A DNA stretch of 63,710 nt from a virus. Taxonomy: Duplodnaviria; Caudoviricetes. Under the pieces are notes generated by a model, which did not search any database, was not told the origin of the DNA, and saw only the letters and a list, made by a program, of their open reading frames with translations. The stretch spans positions 1-63,710 of the IMG/VR virus record IMGVR_UViG_3300040985_001289; one strand, 5' to 3'. Below, one piece after another: positions 30,528 through 40,976 of the stretch (position 1 is its first letter; each line of letters begins with the position of its first letter). Position numbers and translations under genes: made by a program.

Positions 30528-30842
30528 GTTATGTTGCTCTTCTGCGATAACTTTCTCTTCGAGAGTTTTAACTCGTTTATTAAGGTTGTCTTGGTTTGCT
30601 TGTGATACTTCAGCCTGATTAAAAAGCTTTCTGAAACCTTGTTTTACAAATTCCATGTTCACTTTATTCTCTCTTTGTTAGGTTTTTCCTTTATTCCAAT
30701 ATAGTACAATTTAGACCTGATTACAACTAAATTAAAATAATCGTAAAAAAACATGTTTCTTGTAAGTCAGTTCTATTTCATGTGATACCGTGTCTATCTC
30801 CATGTATATTTCCATGTATATTGAAGGATACTAAAATAGGTC

Positions 30843-30871
30843 TTGACTTTTGGGATTGCATAGTATATCTT
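30843..30871 (+). promoter_or_regulatory. Sigma70-type early promoter
   Basis: TTGACT-17-TATCTT, preceded by tandem 12-mer tccatgtatatt x2 (30799-30822). Confidence 0.55.
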
Positions 30872-30940
30872 GGTGTTGTCTGCTTTGTCAGACGCCTTGC
30901 ACTGTGTGCAGGTTTCGCTAAATATCTTTTAGGAGTCAAC

Positions 30941-31390
30941 ATGAAAGTTCATAACATTATAAAGTTAACAGAAAACTTTGACTTTGATATTATCTCAGCA
31001 AGGTTTACATCACATCACTTGCAAGTGAAGAGCAATATTAGAACTGCAATTGACGGAGACAAGAAAGCTTTTACGGGTTGCGATTTGAAACATATTGCAC
31101 CTTACACTTATGAATTGACAGGTTGCCGGATTGACGTAGAAACAACTTTCGGATATTTTAGCAACTAAATAATTAGATTTAGCCTTTGAAATTTGACAAC
31201 ACAAACAACGGAGAATGAAATGGAAACAAGAGAAAAAGAATACAGTGAACTATCGGACAATGAAAAGAAAGCGCTTCGAGAATATAGGAGCTGGGTTAAA
31301 TCTGACGCGCCACACGAGTACAGAATGAACATGATAGAAAGTTGCTATAAAACATTACAAATTTTAGGTGTGGAAAGTTTCGTAAATTAA
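30941..31390 (+). CDS. Two small early hypothetical proteins (30941-31168; 31220-31390)
   Basis: AGGAG/GGAG RBS before each ATG. Confidence 0.55.
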
Positions 31391-31455
31391 TATCGAAACT
31401 CCCTTCGGGGAGTCTATCGGAGTTAGTTACTTCGATACTGACGAGATAAACTAAC
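31391..31455 (+). ncRNA. Hammerhead ribozyme, type II with pseudoknot
   Basis: TATC-GAAA-CTCCC(TTCG)GGGAG-TC^-TATCGGAG(TTAGTTA)CTTCGATA-CTGACGA-GATA; downstream AACTAA pairs loop TTAGTT; cleavage after C31414. Confidence 0.9.
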
Positions 31456-31528
31456 ATAGTGCCGGAACAAGAAAGCAGGTTCGGGACATTTGAAGTACAT
31501 ACAGTTTAATAAGTGAATAAACCATTAC

Positions 31529-31576
31529 AGCTTGGTACGGTTAGAAGTATATCACGTTCAACTCGTGAACCAAGCT
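31529..31576 (+). ncRNA. Mini tRNA-like element 1 (acceptor-like stem + T-arm, no anticodon arm)
   Basis: AGCTTGGT/ACCAAGCT stem; TCACG-TTCAACT-CGTGA T-arm; ACGG linker. Confidence 0.6.
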
Positions 31577-31607
31577 CAAGCAGTCAATTTACATTTTAGG
31601 AGTTATT

Positions 31608-32207
31608 ATGGAAACGCAAGAAATTACAATATTTGACATTGAAGAGCTTTCGGAAGAGTCACAAGAGAAAGCCTACACAGACTGGTTGCAAAACTTTGAG
31701 TACTTTCACAATGAAGACAATGAAGCAAGCCTTAAAGCCTTTGCAGACGTTTTCCCTATCAAAGTTAAAGACTACTCATATGGATACTGCAATTCGTTTA
31801 TTAACTTTGAATTGATTTATGACACTATTCAAGGTAACGATATCAGAGAATTCAAGGGATTGAGACTCTTGAAACATATCGTAAATAATTACTGGAATGA
31901 TTTGTTTGAAGGTAAGAAATATTACGGGAAAGAGTACAAAAAGTTTAGACAATCCCGAATTCACTTTGAACAGAAAATGCTAACCGGATTCTATCTTGAT
32001 TATGACCTTATGCAACCAATTATTGACTTTCTCAAGAATCCAAGTGAGCATACTGACATTGAAGACATTATGAATGATTGTTTACAAGCTTGGTTATCTG
32101 CTTGCAATTCGGATTATGAAGCTTGTCAGAGTATGGAATATTTCAAAGACACTTCAGAGGCAAACGGTTGGCAATATTACGAGTCTGGCAGGTTCTTTTA
32201 TAAATAA
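31608..32207 (+). CDS. Acidic early hypothetical protein
   Basis: 199 aa, AGGAG RBS. Confidence 0.7.
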   Translation: METQEITIFDIEELSEESQEKAYTDWLQNFEYFHNEDNEASLKAFADVFPIKVKDYSYGYCNSFINFELIYDTIQGNDIREFKGLRLLKHIVNNYWNDLFEGKKYYGKEYKKFRQSRIHFEQKMLTGFYLDYDLMQPIIDFLKNPSEHTDIEDIMNDCLQAWLSACNSDYEACQSMEYFKDTSEANGWQYYESGRFFYK

Positions 32208-32215
32208 ATCAAGGT

Positions 32216-32274
32216 AGCTGATAATACGGAATATTGAGAGGGTTTCAATACTGGATCGTAACCAGGTATCAGCT
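32216..32274 (+). ncRNA. Mini tRNA-like element 2
   Basis: AGCTGATA/TATCAGCT stem; ACGG linker; inner hairpin TATTGAG/TTCAATA; CTGG-ATCGTAA-CCAG T-arm variant. Confidence 0.5.
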
Positions 32275-32304
32275 CTAATTAGTCAACAGAAAAGAGAGGT
32301 TGTT

Positions 32305-32687
32305 ATGTTAGTAACTAAAAACAGAAAACTTTACAACACAGAAACAAGAGAGTATGTGTATTGTAGGCAATGTTCTGAAGATATCAAGAGCAATGAACTG
32401 GCAGAAAGTCTTGACAGCAAGCAAGAGAGCTGTATCTGTGACGATTGTCTCGTAAGTCAAGGCGGTTAACCATTAAAAGAGAGGTTGTTATGAAAACGAA
32501 AACAGATTTCACGATAGTGATAAACGTCACTGCAAAAGATTATTTCGGGAGCGAGAGAGCTACGCTATTAGCCTCAGCATTAACGAGGAGAGCTGAGGAG
32601 AATGTATCTCACTTAGGAGCAGAGGTCAAGGTAACTCTTGGTAATCGGTTGCCATATGCTGACGAGATAGCGTCATTAAAGAGATAA
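32305..32687 (+). CDS. Two small proteins (32305-32469 Cys-rich, 54 aa, not in track; 32490-32687)
   Basis: Both preceded by identical aaaagagaggttgttATG. Confidence 0.55.
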
Positions 32688-32783
32688 CCTTCAAGCCTGG
32701 TCGCACAGCTACGAGAGGAGGTTTGGAGTATTAAACAACTAAGCTACCGAGTCCAAAGTCTCGGTAAAATAAAGGAGTAAGAT

Positions 32784-33089
32784 ATGAGAGAGCAAGTAAA
32801 TTTCAGCGACTTTACAGACAGATTTCGCACAATGGACAGAGACGAGAGTTTCAGTTATGAAGGTAAGAAAGCATTGTTTGACTATCTCGAAGAGTACGAG
32901 GACTCCTGCGGAGAGGAGATCGAGCTTGACGTAATAGCCTTATGTTGTGACTTTACAGAGTATGAAGACCTCGAAGAGTTTCACGGGGTTTATGAAGAGA
33001 GCGAGTATCCTGACCTTGATACAATTAGAGACAATACGACCCTCATTGAGATAGCGGGGAGTGACGGTTTCATAATTCAAGACTTTTAA
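32784..33089 (+). CDS. Very acidic small protein (DNA-mimic candidate)
   Basis: 31 D/E versus 7 K/R in 101 aa; AAGGAG RBS. Confidence 0.65.
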   Translation: MREQVNFSDFTDRFRTMDRDESFSYEGKKALFDYLEEYEDSCGEEIELDVIALCCDFTEYEDLEEFHGVYEESEYPDLDTIRDNTTLIEIAGSDGFIIQDF

Positions 33090-33153
33090 TAATAACCCAC
33101 GCATTCGGCTCCTGGCACGTTGTCGGGAGCTTAACTAACTAAAGGAGCGGATT

Positions 33154-34309
33154 ATGTACGCAAGAAAAACGAGAGACGAGTGGCAATTACATATTAATTA
33201 TGGCTATGGTGACGGGTGGGAACATGAAATCTCAGAGGACACTCGCAAAGAGGCAATTCAGAGACGCAAAGAGTACAGAGAAAACTGTCCTGAATATCCG
33301 GTTAAAATTGTATGCCGGAGAGTTGCAATATGAAGGTTGTCGAGATTAATGATTGTCAATTCTGCCCTTATAGAAACGGGGCAAATCCTGGACAGGCTCA
33401 TGAGTTGTGTATGAAGTCGAAAAGGGAACTTGAGTTATTTAGAGACGGAGCGGGCTTTACAATCCCAACTCCTGATTGGTGCGAATTAAAAACTCTGACA
33501 GATAGGGAAAAATTCGACCGGGAATATCATAATAACCCAAAAGTAGAGAAAGATTGCCAATGTGCTCAATGTAAAGAGGATAGGGAAGGTCAATAGGTTG
33601 CATTTGGTCAGAATTCTTTTAGATACCAAAGCTAAAAACTAACTACGGAGGAGAAATGAACTGCGATTGTTCAATAGACATAGATAATGAGGAGAGTCCT
33701 CAAGTTTACAGGGAAAAGATTGTTACCGCCTACAAAACCCACTGTTGTGTCGAGTGCGGAGAAATCATTACAAGGCGTAGTAAATATCAGGATGTGAGTG
33801 GATTATGGGAGGGGCGGTGGGAACACCACAAAACCTGTTTAACGTGTAAGACAATAAGAGAGGAATATTGCTCTGGAGGGTTTATCTTTGGTGAACTTGC
33901 AGAGCAACTCTATGAGTGTTTTGGATTTGATTATCGGGAGGCAGGATGAACGCATTATCAACTGGAGGATGGTGTTGCATAAACTGTATCTTGTGCGATA
34001 AGTTAGTCGGTGATATCAAGACGTTCGAGAAAGAGGGTGATGAGATTTCCCCAGTCTGTGATGATTGCGCGGAGACTCATATCATCCTGGACGGTTACGA
34101 GGAGGTAGAGAGTGGAATATAAAATAGTCGCGGGAACTCAAGGAAATGTTGAAGAGAAAGTGACAGCACTTCTCAAGAGGGGTTGGGAGGTGAGTGGGAG
34201 TCTCAGAATGTTGCTCGTTCCGGATTATAGATCTACTCTTGATATGCTGTGGTATGCTCAGGCAATGATAAGCTACAAAGAGGAACGACCAAATAAAGGA
34301 GGAGAGTGA
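33154..34309 (+). CDS. Cluster of small early hypothetical/Zn-finger proteins (33154-33333, 33330-33596, 33656-33949, 34112-34309)
   Basis: Consecutive ORFs with GGAG RBS or ATGA overlaps; CxxC pairs in two of them. Confidence 0.55.
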
Positions 34310-34743
34310 AAATGGAGATGCTTAATTTTGTCAATAAAAAACTATGTGAGGATTGCGGAGGGGAGTGCTGTAAGAATCTACCCGGGTCATGCTCTCCGAA
34401 TGACTTCAATAACTCATTGGAGCGAGTCGTTGACGCAATCAAGAGCGGTAGGTATACAATTGACTGGTGGGAAAATCTGGAAGAGAATGGTGGATTAAAT
34501 GGTTACTTTGTGCGACCTGCAATCAAAGGGAAAGAGGGAAAAGTCAAAGACCCCACTTGGGGTGGGGGTCACTGTACATTTTTAACTGATTCAGGTTGCG
34601 AGTTGAGCGACACTGATCGACCTGAAGGTTGTCGAATGCTCGAACCTTCTACTGGTGCGGATTGTGAAATTCACGGAATGGGAAAACATGATTCTGCAAT
34701 TGCATGGATTAATTTTTACGACCTTCTGCACGACTTTAATTAG
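34306..34743 (+). CDS. YkgJ-like Cys-cluster (Fe-S/Zn) protein
   Basis: 'CEDCGGECCK...CTFL...GC....RPEGCR'. Confidence 0.7.
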   Translation: MKMEMLNFVNKKLCEDCGGECCKNLPGSCSPNDFNNSLERVVDAIKSGRYTIDWWENLEENGGLNGYFVRPAIKGKEGKVKDPTWGGGHCTFLTDSGCELSDTDRPEGCRMLEPSTGADCEIHGMGKHDSAIAWINFYDLLHDFN

Positions 34744-34853
34744 CAAAATGAGGATTAGGTAGGGCGAGGGTCTAAAGATCGTTTAGGGGTGTCTTAACGC
34801 GACGTTCAGGGACACTTTTTAACAAACGCAGGATATAAACATTGGAGGGAGTT

Positions 34854-37021
34854 GTGAGTAAGGAAACATATCAGGAGTATTCATTTGCCGAAGAATTTAT
34901 GAGGGATACGAGAAATATGCTCCACGAAATTTACGAGCTTCGGGAAGAGGTCGAGGAGTTGCGAGAATACAAAAAGAGATACACAGCGTTATTAGATAGT
35001 TCAATTAGTCACGGTCAGAAAATGTTGGGACAAGTTGTTACATTAGCGATGAAGGCTGATTTATCTAAACTAAAGGCAGAGGATTTCCCTGCATAACGCA
35101 GTATGCCTCAGCCATCGCAAGGGTGCAACCTAAAAACATCGGAGTCTATCATGTGCAAATAGATACCTAACCCCTCCCAGAACGGTTAACGCGAGTTCGA
35201 TTCTCGTACTGGGAGCTAATCGGAAACATTAACAAGGAGGATAGGATGACACGAGAGGAAATCCAGGAACTGAGAGATCTGATCATGGAGAGACGTGACC
35301 TTGACGGATTTGAGGCGTGTGGAGTGATCGGAAAGTCCGTCAACAAAGAGGCTCGCACAGTGTACGGATGGATGTACAAGGCTCCGTTGCCACTTCGGAA
35401 GACACAGCGGAAATTGGAGGGGATGTTGAAACGAGAGAGGAGGTTGGCTGATGCCACTATCTAAAAATGACATTCGGCAACGGATGCAGAATGCAGAGGA
35501 TTGGATGGAGGTTTATGCAAATCGCTCGGCAGATCCGGACACAGTAGGCGAGGACATTCAACGGAATTTGGATCTCTGGACGACACACGAAAAGAGGTAT
35601 AATCGTCTTTATGACGAGGTTGAGTACGGTATTAAATCAGGAGGGGATAGCCATGAGTAGAACTCAAGGCATGTGGAATCGTGTGCTGAATGTCGCATTG
35701 GTTATGGCGATAACGGCAGTGGCTGTAATATATTTAATCGGGAGTGTAAAATGACTGACCAGAATTGGAAATCGGTTGCGGAGGACGGGTTGCCGGAAGA
35801 GGGGAGAAATATGCAGGTTAAGGCATATTATAAATTTGTGCAAGAACCTACATATTTGTTTATTGATGATATCTGGAGATGTGAGCATAAGGGGATTTGG
35901 AATAATGTTTTAAACCCTGATTACATCACCCACTACCGATACATCGACGAACCTGAGCAAATAACAGAGTCCCCCAAATTCAAGATGCTGAAGATGCGAC
36001 ATGACATTGACAATCTCGCTTTCATGTTAAAGGAGCATTGCGAGTCTCACCCTGAATCGGTGACGGTGAAGGGGTTTGAGGATTCTCCCCTTACTTTGGA
36101 TCAGTGCGAGGTGGGGATGGAGTTGGAGTGCATAAAATATCCTTCTATTCCTAATGCCATTATTGAGAATATTAGTGGTTCTTACATAGATACCCACTCT
36201 TTTCGCATTCCAAAATCCGGTTTAAAATCTTACAGCATCCACAAGCCAGCCCCTGCGGTGGTGCATTATATCGGAAGTTCTGATAATAATCCAGAGTCAC
36301 CGTGTGGATTAGATTACGAGGGAGTAGTCTTATATCTTTTTGAATGCGACTGGAGCCTCGTCACCTGTGCCGACTGCCTGAAGCACAAGCCGGAGACTCT
36401 GAAGCCGAGTGATTGTGTCGGGCGGAAGATTCGGATTATATCAACGGACTTCGAGGGTGCAATGAAAGGATGGGAACGTCATTTTACAATCGGTGGCACT
36501 TATGCATGCTCTTCTGGAAGAGCGAGTAAAACTATTGCAGTATATAACGGCACATCGTACTATTCTTTCAACGCCAAAGACCTCGAATGTTGCGAGCTTG
36601 TCCCCGAGGAGATGATCGAGGTTCCGAAGTTAGAATGGGATAAACTGCAATATGCTCTAAAACAAGTAACTGTGAAGATCCGGGCGTTGGATAAAATGTT
36701 GGGAGGTGGGAAGTGAATTACAAAGTAATACTTGAATCAATATTACTTGTGCTGGCGGGAATATTGATTGCACTTTTTATCGTGATGTTTTTTGCTACGG
36801 ATGACTGTGCAGTTCTCACCATAAGGTGTGGTACGGGTAATGTGTCGTCAGATCGCAATGACTGGATAATGCCAAATATCCTTAACTACTGCAAAGAAAC
36901 CCTTAATGAATCTGGATATTTCAAGCTTGAGTGGCGTGTCCCTGAGACAGGAGATATAGATTCGCAATTGTTCTGGTACGACAAAGATTTATCACAGGTC
37001 ACACCATGCTCTATATTATAG
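34854..37021 (+). CDS. Cluster of hypothetical proteins (34854-35096, 35246-35464 HTH-like, 35451-35660, 35751-36716 with DUF551-like start, 36713-37021 membrane-anchored)
   Basis: Co-oriented ORFs with RBS; 'WKSVAEDGLPEEG' DUF551-like. Confidence 0.5.
35174..35215 (+). ncRNA. Mini tRNA-like element 3
   Basis: CTCCCAG/CTGGGAG stem; AACGGTTAAC linker; GCGAG-TTCGATT-CTCGT canonical T-arm. Confidence 0.6.
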
Positions 37022-37049
37022 GATCTGCATGACGTAGTGTTAAACCAAA

Positions 37050-37083
37050 AATACCCCATCTGATTAACTTTGGATGGGGTATT
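37050..37083. terminator. Bidirectional terminator between convergent gene blocks
   Basis: aataccccatc/gatggggtatt inverted repeat at strand switch. Confidence 0.75.
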
Positions 37084-37614
37084 GTCGTTTTGGGTTAGGG
37101 ATGAAGTAACTCTTGAGCACTTATTGGACTATTCGCTATAACTTTGCGTAAGTCATTCAATGATTTTTCGTGGGCTTGTGACAATTTGACAACACATCTT
37201 TCAAGGAACTCATGATAGCCAATTCCTGCACTTTCGCAAGCCTGAAACATTTGATAAACGATATTACTTTTTATTGTGAACATATCAGAAACATCACAAG
37301 GTGGCTTAGTCGCACCGTACATAATATCCCGAATTTCTGCATTAATTTCTTCTTGGCTAATCACTTTCCCTCCGCCATTTTCGTTACCGCTGCCTTGAGG
37401 TCACTGACGGCAACATAATTCCTGTCATACTCAATGAAATTCTCCTCAACCCAAGCCAGCAGATCGGTGAGCGGGACGGCTTTGGTGGTGAAATAACCTG
37501 ATTCAATGCCGTCAACTATATTCTCAATCCCATTACTGATACTGTCATCATAAGATTGATACTTTACCAGATCCCGCAAAGCTTTGACAAGCTCATCTTT
37601 CTTTCCGTCGATAA

Positions 37615-38070
37615 TCATTTCGCCTCCTTTAAGTCCATTTCCCAATCACGAGCAACCTTCCCTATATTCTCTATCGTCCACGGATCTGATTTCTTTTTTC
37701 GAGTCACCAACCTGAACCGGAACCAAGAGAATCGAGACGCACACACTAATAATCTTATCCGATCAGGTGCCCTCATAAACCCTTTAACTTCGTCAAGAGT
37801 GAACGTCCCGTCAGGATACTCAACAAGAAAATCAGGTTTATACCAAACTTGTCCGATATCCTTATCCGCCAATCTGAAAGAAAGGGGTTCATATTGCCAC
37901 ACTAAGACCTTTCCTGCCATCTTTAGTGCATCGAGATACAGTGCATAGTCCCTCTCCAAAAGAGACGCGTAGGGGTGATCCTTTGGCTTCTTAGGACGTG
38001 TTTTCTTTTTATCCACGATAGTTAGTGCAGGATTTCGTTTCATAATTGTATCTAAATCATCCTGATTCAT
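37615..38070 (-). CDS. PD-(D/E)xK nuclease (DUF1064-like)
   Basis: 'SLLERDYA...YEP..F.L...YKPDF...DEVKG'. Confidence 0.75.
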   Translation of the reverse strand: MNQDDLDTIMKRNPALTIVDKKKTRPKKPKDHPYASLLERDYALYLDALKMAGKVLVWQYEPLSFRLADKDIGQVWYKPDFLVEYPDGTFTLDEVKGFMRAPDRIRLLVCASRFSWFRFRLVTRKKKSDPWTIENIGKVARDWEMDLKEAK

Positions 38071-39029
38071 TTCTTCCTCTTCCTGTATTTATTAATCTTC
38101 CTGAATCTCGGCAACTCCAACGCGTAGAGGTCAGATAACCGTTGAACCTCGTCCGGTTGCCCCAACGTGTACCGAGCCTGAATCGCCTTAACGAGTTGAC
38201 GTTTGATTATTGTGCGAGTTGTCATTCTCCCAACGTATCCCGCAACCGGAATGACTTGTTCAGGATCTCGGTGGCTGAGTCGATTGACTTCTGAGATACA
38301 CGGTCAGTATTCTTTAACTCCTTCAGGTACTTAACATGTGTCCCCGTCTCTTTCATGTTCGCGGATATCACAATTATCGCAACTTCCCCGATGATTTCCT
38401 TGACCTTGCACCTTTGGCTCTTTGTCCTGAACTCGGCAGGAATAGCTCCATTGTGGCGTAAGTCTGCGTCAACCATCATACCAATTTCGCATTCACTTCT
38501 TTCCATTGTTTCGCCCTTTATTTAAGAATTAACATTATCACTAATCCCGCAACACACACACACCATAGCACCACTCTGACAATTTTCCACCGCTTCTGTT
38601 GTGCGAACCACTCGTCGGAATTACGACGGTACTTTGTCATCATTTGCCTCCAAATAGGTTACGCACTCTGATAAACAGCGGGCGAGAGATTCTATTAGGG
38701 TTGATCTCAAGAAAGTAAATTTAGAGTTGTCTGTCTTCCCAAATGTGATTGTCACATCCCACCCAATATCAAAATAAAATGAATGGTAACCTCCTGATTT
38801 AACAGCCCCATCCTCAATCAACTTCTCCAGCACAGAGAAGAGGAAGTCGTGGGTGAGTTTATCCTCTATTTGAGTTATATGGGGATTCTTCACCATCCAC
38901 TCACCCATAAATTTCTTGAGCTTTTTTAATATCTCAAGTGCCTCCTCTGTGGCAAGGAAAGGGGTTGGTTTTCCAAGCCATGCATTAGGATCTCTTCGCA
39001 TGGCTTTTTCTTCTTTAATTAGAGTATCT

Positions 39030-39218
39030 TCAGGGTGTTCCATTGATTCTCCCCATCAAACAGGTCATTAGCGAGTTCCACTTCTTTTTAGCATACTGCT
39101 TTTCCCCGAACAGGGTGGTCTGTCCACAATTACTACATTGGTAACGATACCAAGTCTCATCAATGTCCCTATCGGATACAAGTGTAATATTTTTTGATCC
39201 ACATTCACACGCTTTCAT
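39030..39218 (-). CDS. Lar-like restriction-alleviation zinc finger
   Basis: 'MKACECGS...QCSNCG......AKKKWN'. Confidence 0.55.
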   Translation of the reverse strand: MKACECGSKNITLVSDRDIDETWYRYQCSNCGQTTLFGEKQYAKKKWNSLMTCLMGRINGTP

Positions 39219-39896
39219 CTTTAGTTTCTCCTTTTTCGAGTTCATCCCTTCGCATCTGGTGGATTGTCTCTGCGAGTGCGAGGAATTTTTGTTCAGGATC
39301 AAAGTCTATATAATTTACAGTGAATTTTGCTCCGCCACCTAAACAAACATCCCTGTAATAAACGAAAGGGAATTTATTGTTAATTAGTGTGTTGTTAACT
39401 CTTTTTAGTCTCAACTCCACACTTCGTAAGGCATCGTGGGAGGTGAGGTAGTCAATCTTCTGAGTTGTTACATGTCTTTGAAAATATTTACATATAACAG
39501 AGGAATCATTCCAAGCCAGTGAGTGTGTTTGTATAAACTCATCCCCATGATTAAAGTGATATTGCTCTACACCTCGTTCTTTAGATACTACGTGTTCATA
39601 AGTTGCACCATCCATCTCCGCCAGAAACCAGAACATCTCTGCCTCTGTGAGATCCTTGAATTTCTTCAGTGCCATGTCCTTCGTCAAGTCATTCATTTCC
39701 AGCCTCCGGTTTGTCTTCTATTTCTTCCAGTAAATGCCTCGCATTCAGGTCTAACTCACACAACATCGTGTAGAATGTAAATGCTAAACTTTCCCATTTA
39801 TCATCGTCTGAAGAGAACATTAGCCCACGATCTCGCATGATTTTAACTGCTCGCTCCTGCTTAGACTGCACTTTCTTCAGGAACTCATCCATCTCT

Positions 39897-40976
39897 CTAA
39901 CTGTCATTTCTGCTCCTATTGATTGCCTTCATTATCTCGTAGGCGATTTGGGGAACTATCGCATTCCCAAGACCTTTTAATCGATTCGTGCGAGTTCCGA
40001 GACGCTTCCTTTCGTCATTAAGTCTGTCCAAGAAGGTGGATAGCCCATCATCCATTCGACAAAGGCGGGTTGCAACTTCAACCCAGTTTCTTTCCCACGT
40101 TCGATACAATCTGGAAGGCTGTTTGTTTCGAATTTTCTCCCCTTCAATTCCGTTCTGCTTGAACTCCCCTTGTAATCCCTCGTTGCTGGAGTTGGTAACA
40201 TTTTTATCACCTTCCCCAATCTCGGAACTTGCTTTCCATTTGATACTTGATACCCTTCCTGATTCTGAGCCTCTGGAGTTGGCAGCATTGTCCGACTCAT
40301 CACAATTTCCAGATTGTTGAACTTGTCCTTCTTCCTGGATTCGGTTATGTCGCCGGTCATTGATTTGCGAGGTGTTGGAATTAAGCTCACCTGATCCGCC
40401 AGTCCCAAACTGTGCGAATTCCCGTTCTTCGCTACACGCCGGCCGGCTTCCGTCAACTCGGCTTCCGGATGTTCTACTTCTTGGGTTGTTGGAGTAGCCA
40501 ACAATCCAGACTCTATCCCTTCTGTGCGGGGCGTTTTTGGCACAAGCTGGAATAATAATCGGTTGGACTTCGTAACCTTCCATTTCCAACGAAGTACACA
40601 CCTCGTCGAGTCCCATGTTGATGAGACCAGCAACATTTTCACCGATGACATAAGTGGGCTTGAACTTTTTAATAACTCCGAGCATTTCTTCCCAGAGCCA
40701 ACGGTCATCTTCCGTGCCGCGTCGTTTCCCGGCTTGACTGACTGGCTGGCATGGAAACCCCCCGGTAATAATGTCAATTGGTTGCTCAATTTCCCACTCC
40801 TTATAGTTTTTAATATCCCCCAAGTTCGGCACTCCTGGCATACGGAGTTTGATCAACTCACAACAGTAGGGGTCAATTTCTGACACTGCAACAGTCTTCC
40901 ACCCAGCCCAATGTGCTGCGAGTTCAAAACCAAGAATCCCTGCGAAAAGCCCCAAGTGATTTAGTTTATTTAACAT
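39897..40976 (-). CDS. C5 cytosine DNA methyltransferase, alpha polypeptide
   Basis: Motifs I FAGILG, IV GGFPCQ, VI ENV, VIII RDRVW, X LGNAIVP; motif IX degenerate. Confidence 0.9.
   Translation of the reverse strand: MLNKLNHLGLFAGILGFELAAHWAGWKTVAVSEIDPYCCELIKLRMPGVPNLGDIKNYKEWEIEQPIDIITGGFPCQPVSQAGKRRGTEDDRWLWEEMLGVIKKFKPTYVIGENVAGLINMGLDEVCTSLEMEGYEVQPIIIPACAKNAPHRRDRVWIVGYSNNPRSRTSGSRVDGSRPACSEEREFAQFGTGGSGELNSNTSQINDRRHNRIQEEGQVQQSGNCDESDNAANSRGSESGRVSSIKWKASSEIGEGDKNVTNSSNEGLQGEFKQNGIEGEKIRNKQPSRLYRTWERNWVEVATRLCRMDDGLSTFLDRLNDERKRLGTRTNRLKGLGNAIVPQIAYEIMKAINRSRNDS
39977..40789 (-). CDS. Nested alternative-frame beta polypeptide of the C5 MTase (motif IX + repeated TP modules)
   Basis: 270-aa open frame inside alpha; 'LQPAFVEWMMGYPPSWTD' motif IX; four (L/I)xTP repeats. 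Confidence 0.75.
   Translation of the reverse strand: MSNQLTLLPGGFHASQSVKPGNDAARKMTVGSGKKCSELLKSSSPLMSSVKMLLVSSTWDSTRCVLRWKWKVTKSNRLLFQLVPKTPRTEGIESGLLATPTTQEVEHPEAELTEAGRRVAKNGNSHSLGLADQVSLIPTPRKSMTGDITESRKKDKFNNLEIVMSRTMLPTPEAQNQEGYQVSNGKQVPRLGKVIKMLPTPATRDYKGSSSRTELKGRKFETNSLPDCIERGKETGLKLQPAFVEWMMGYPPSWTDLMTKGSVSELARID

Noticed and set aside
32688-32770. Further ribozyme (twister/HDV-like) in early intergenic hairpins here and at 35095-35165
   Set aside because: Stems exist but I could not place the conserved catalytic cores
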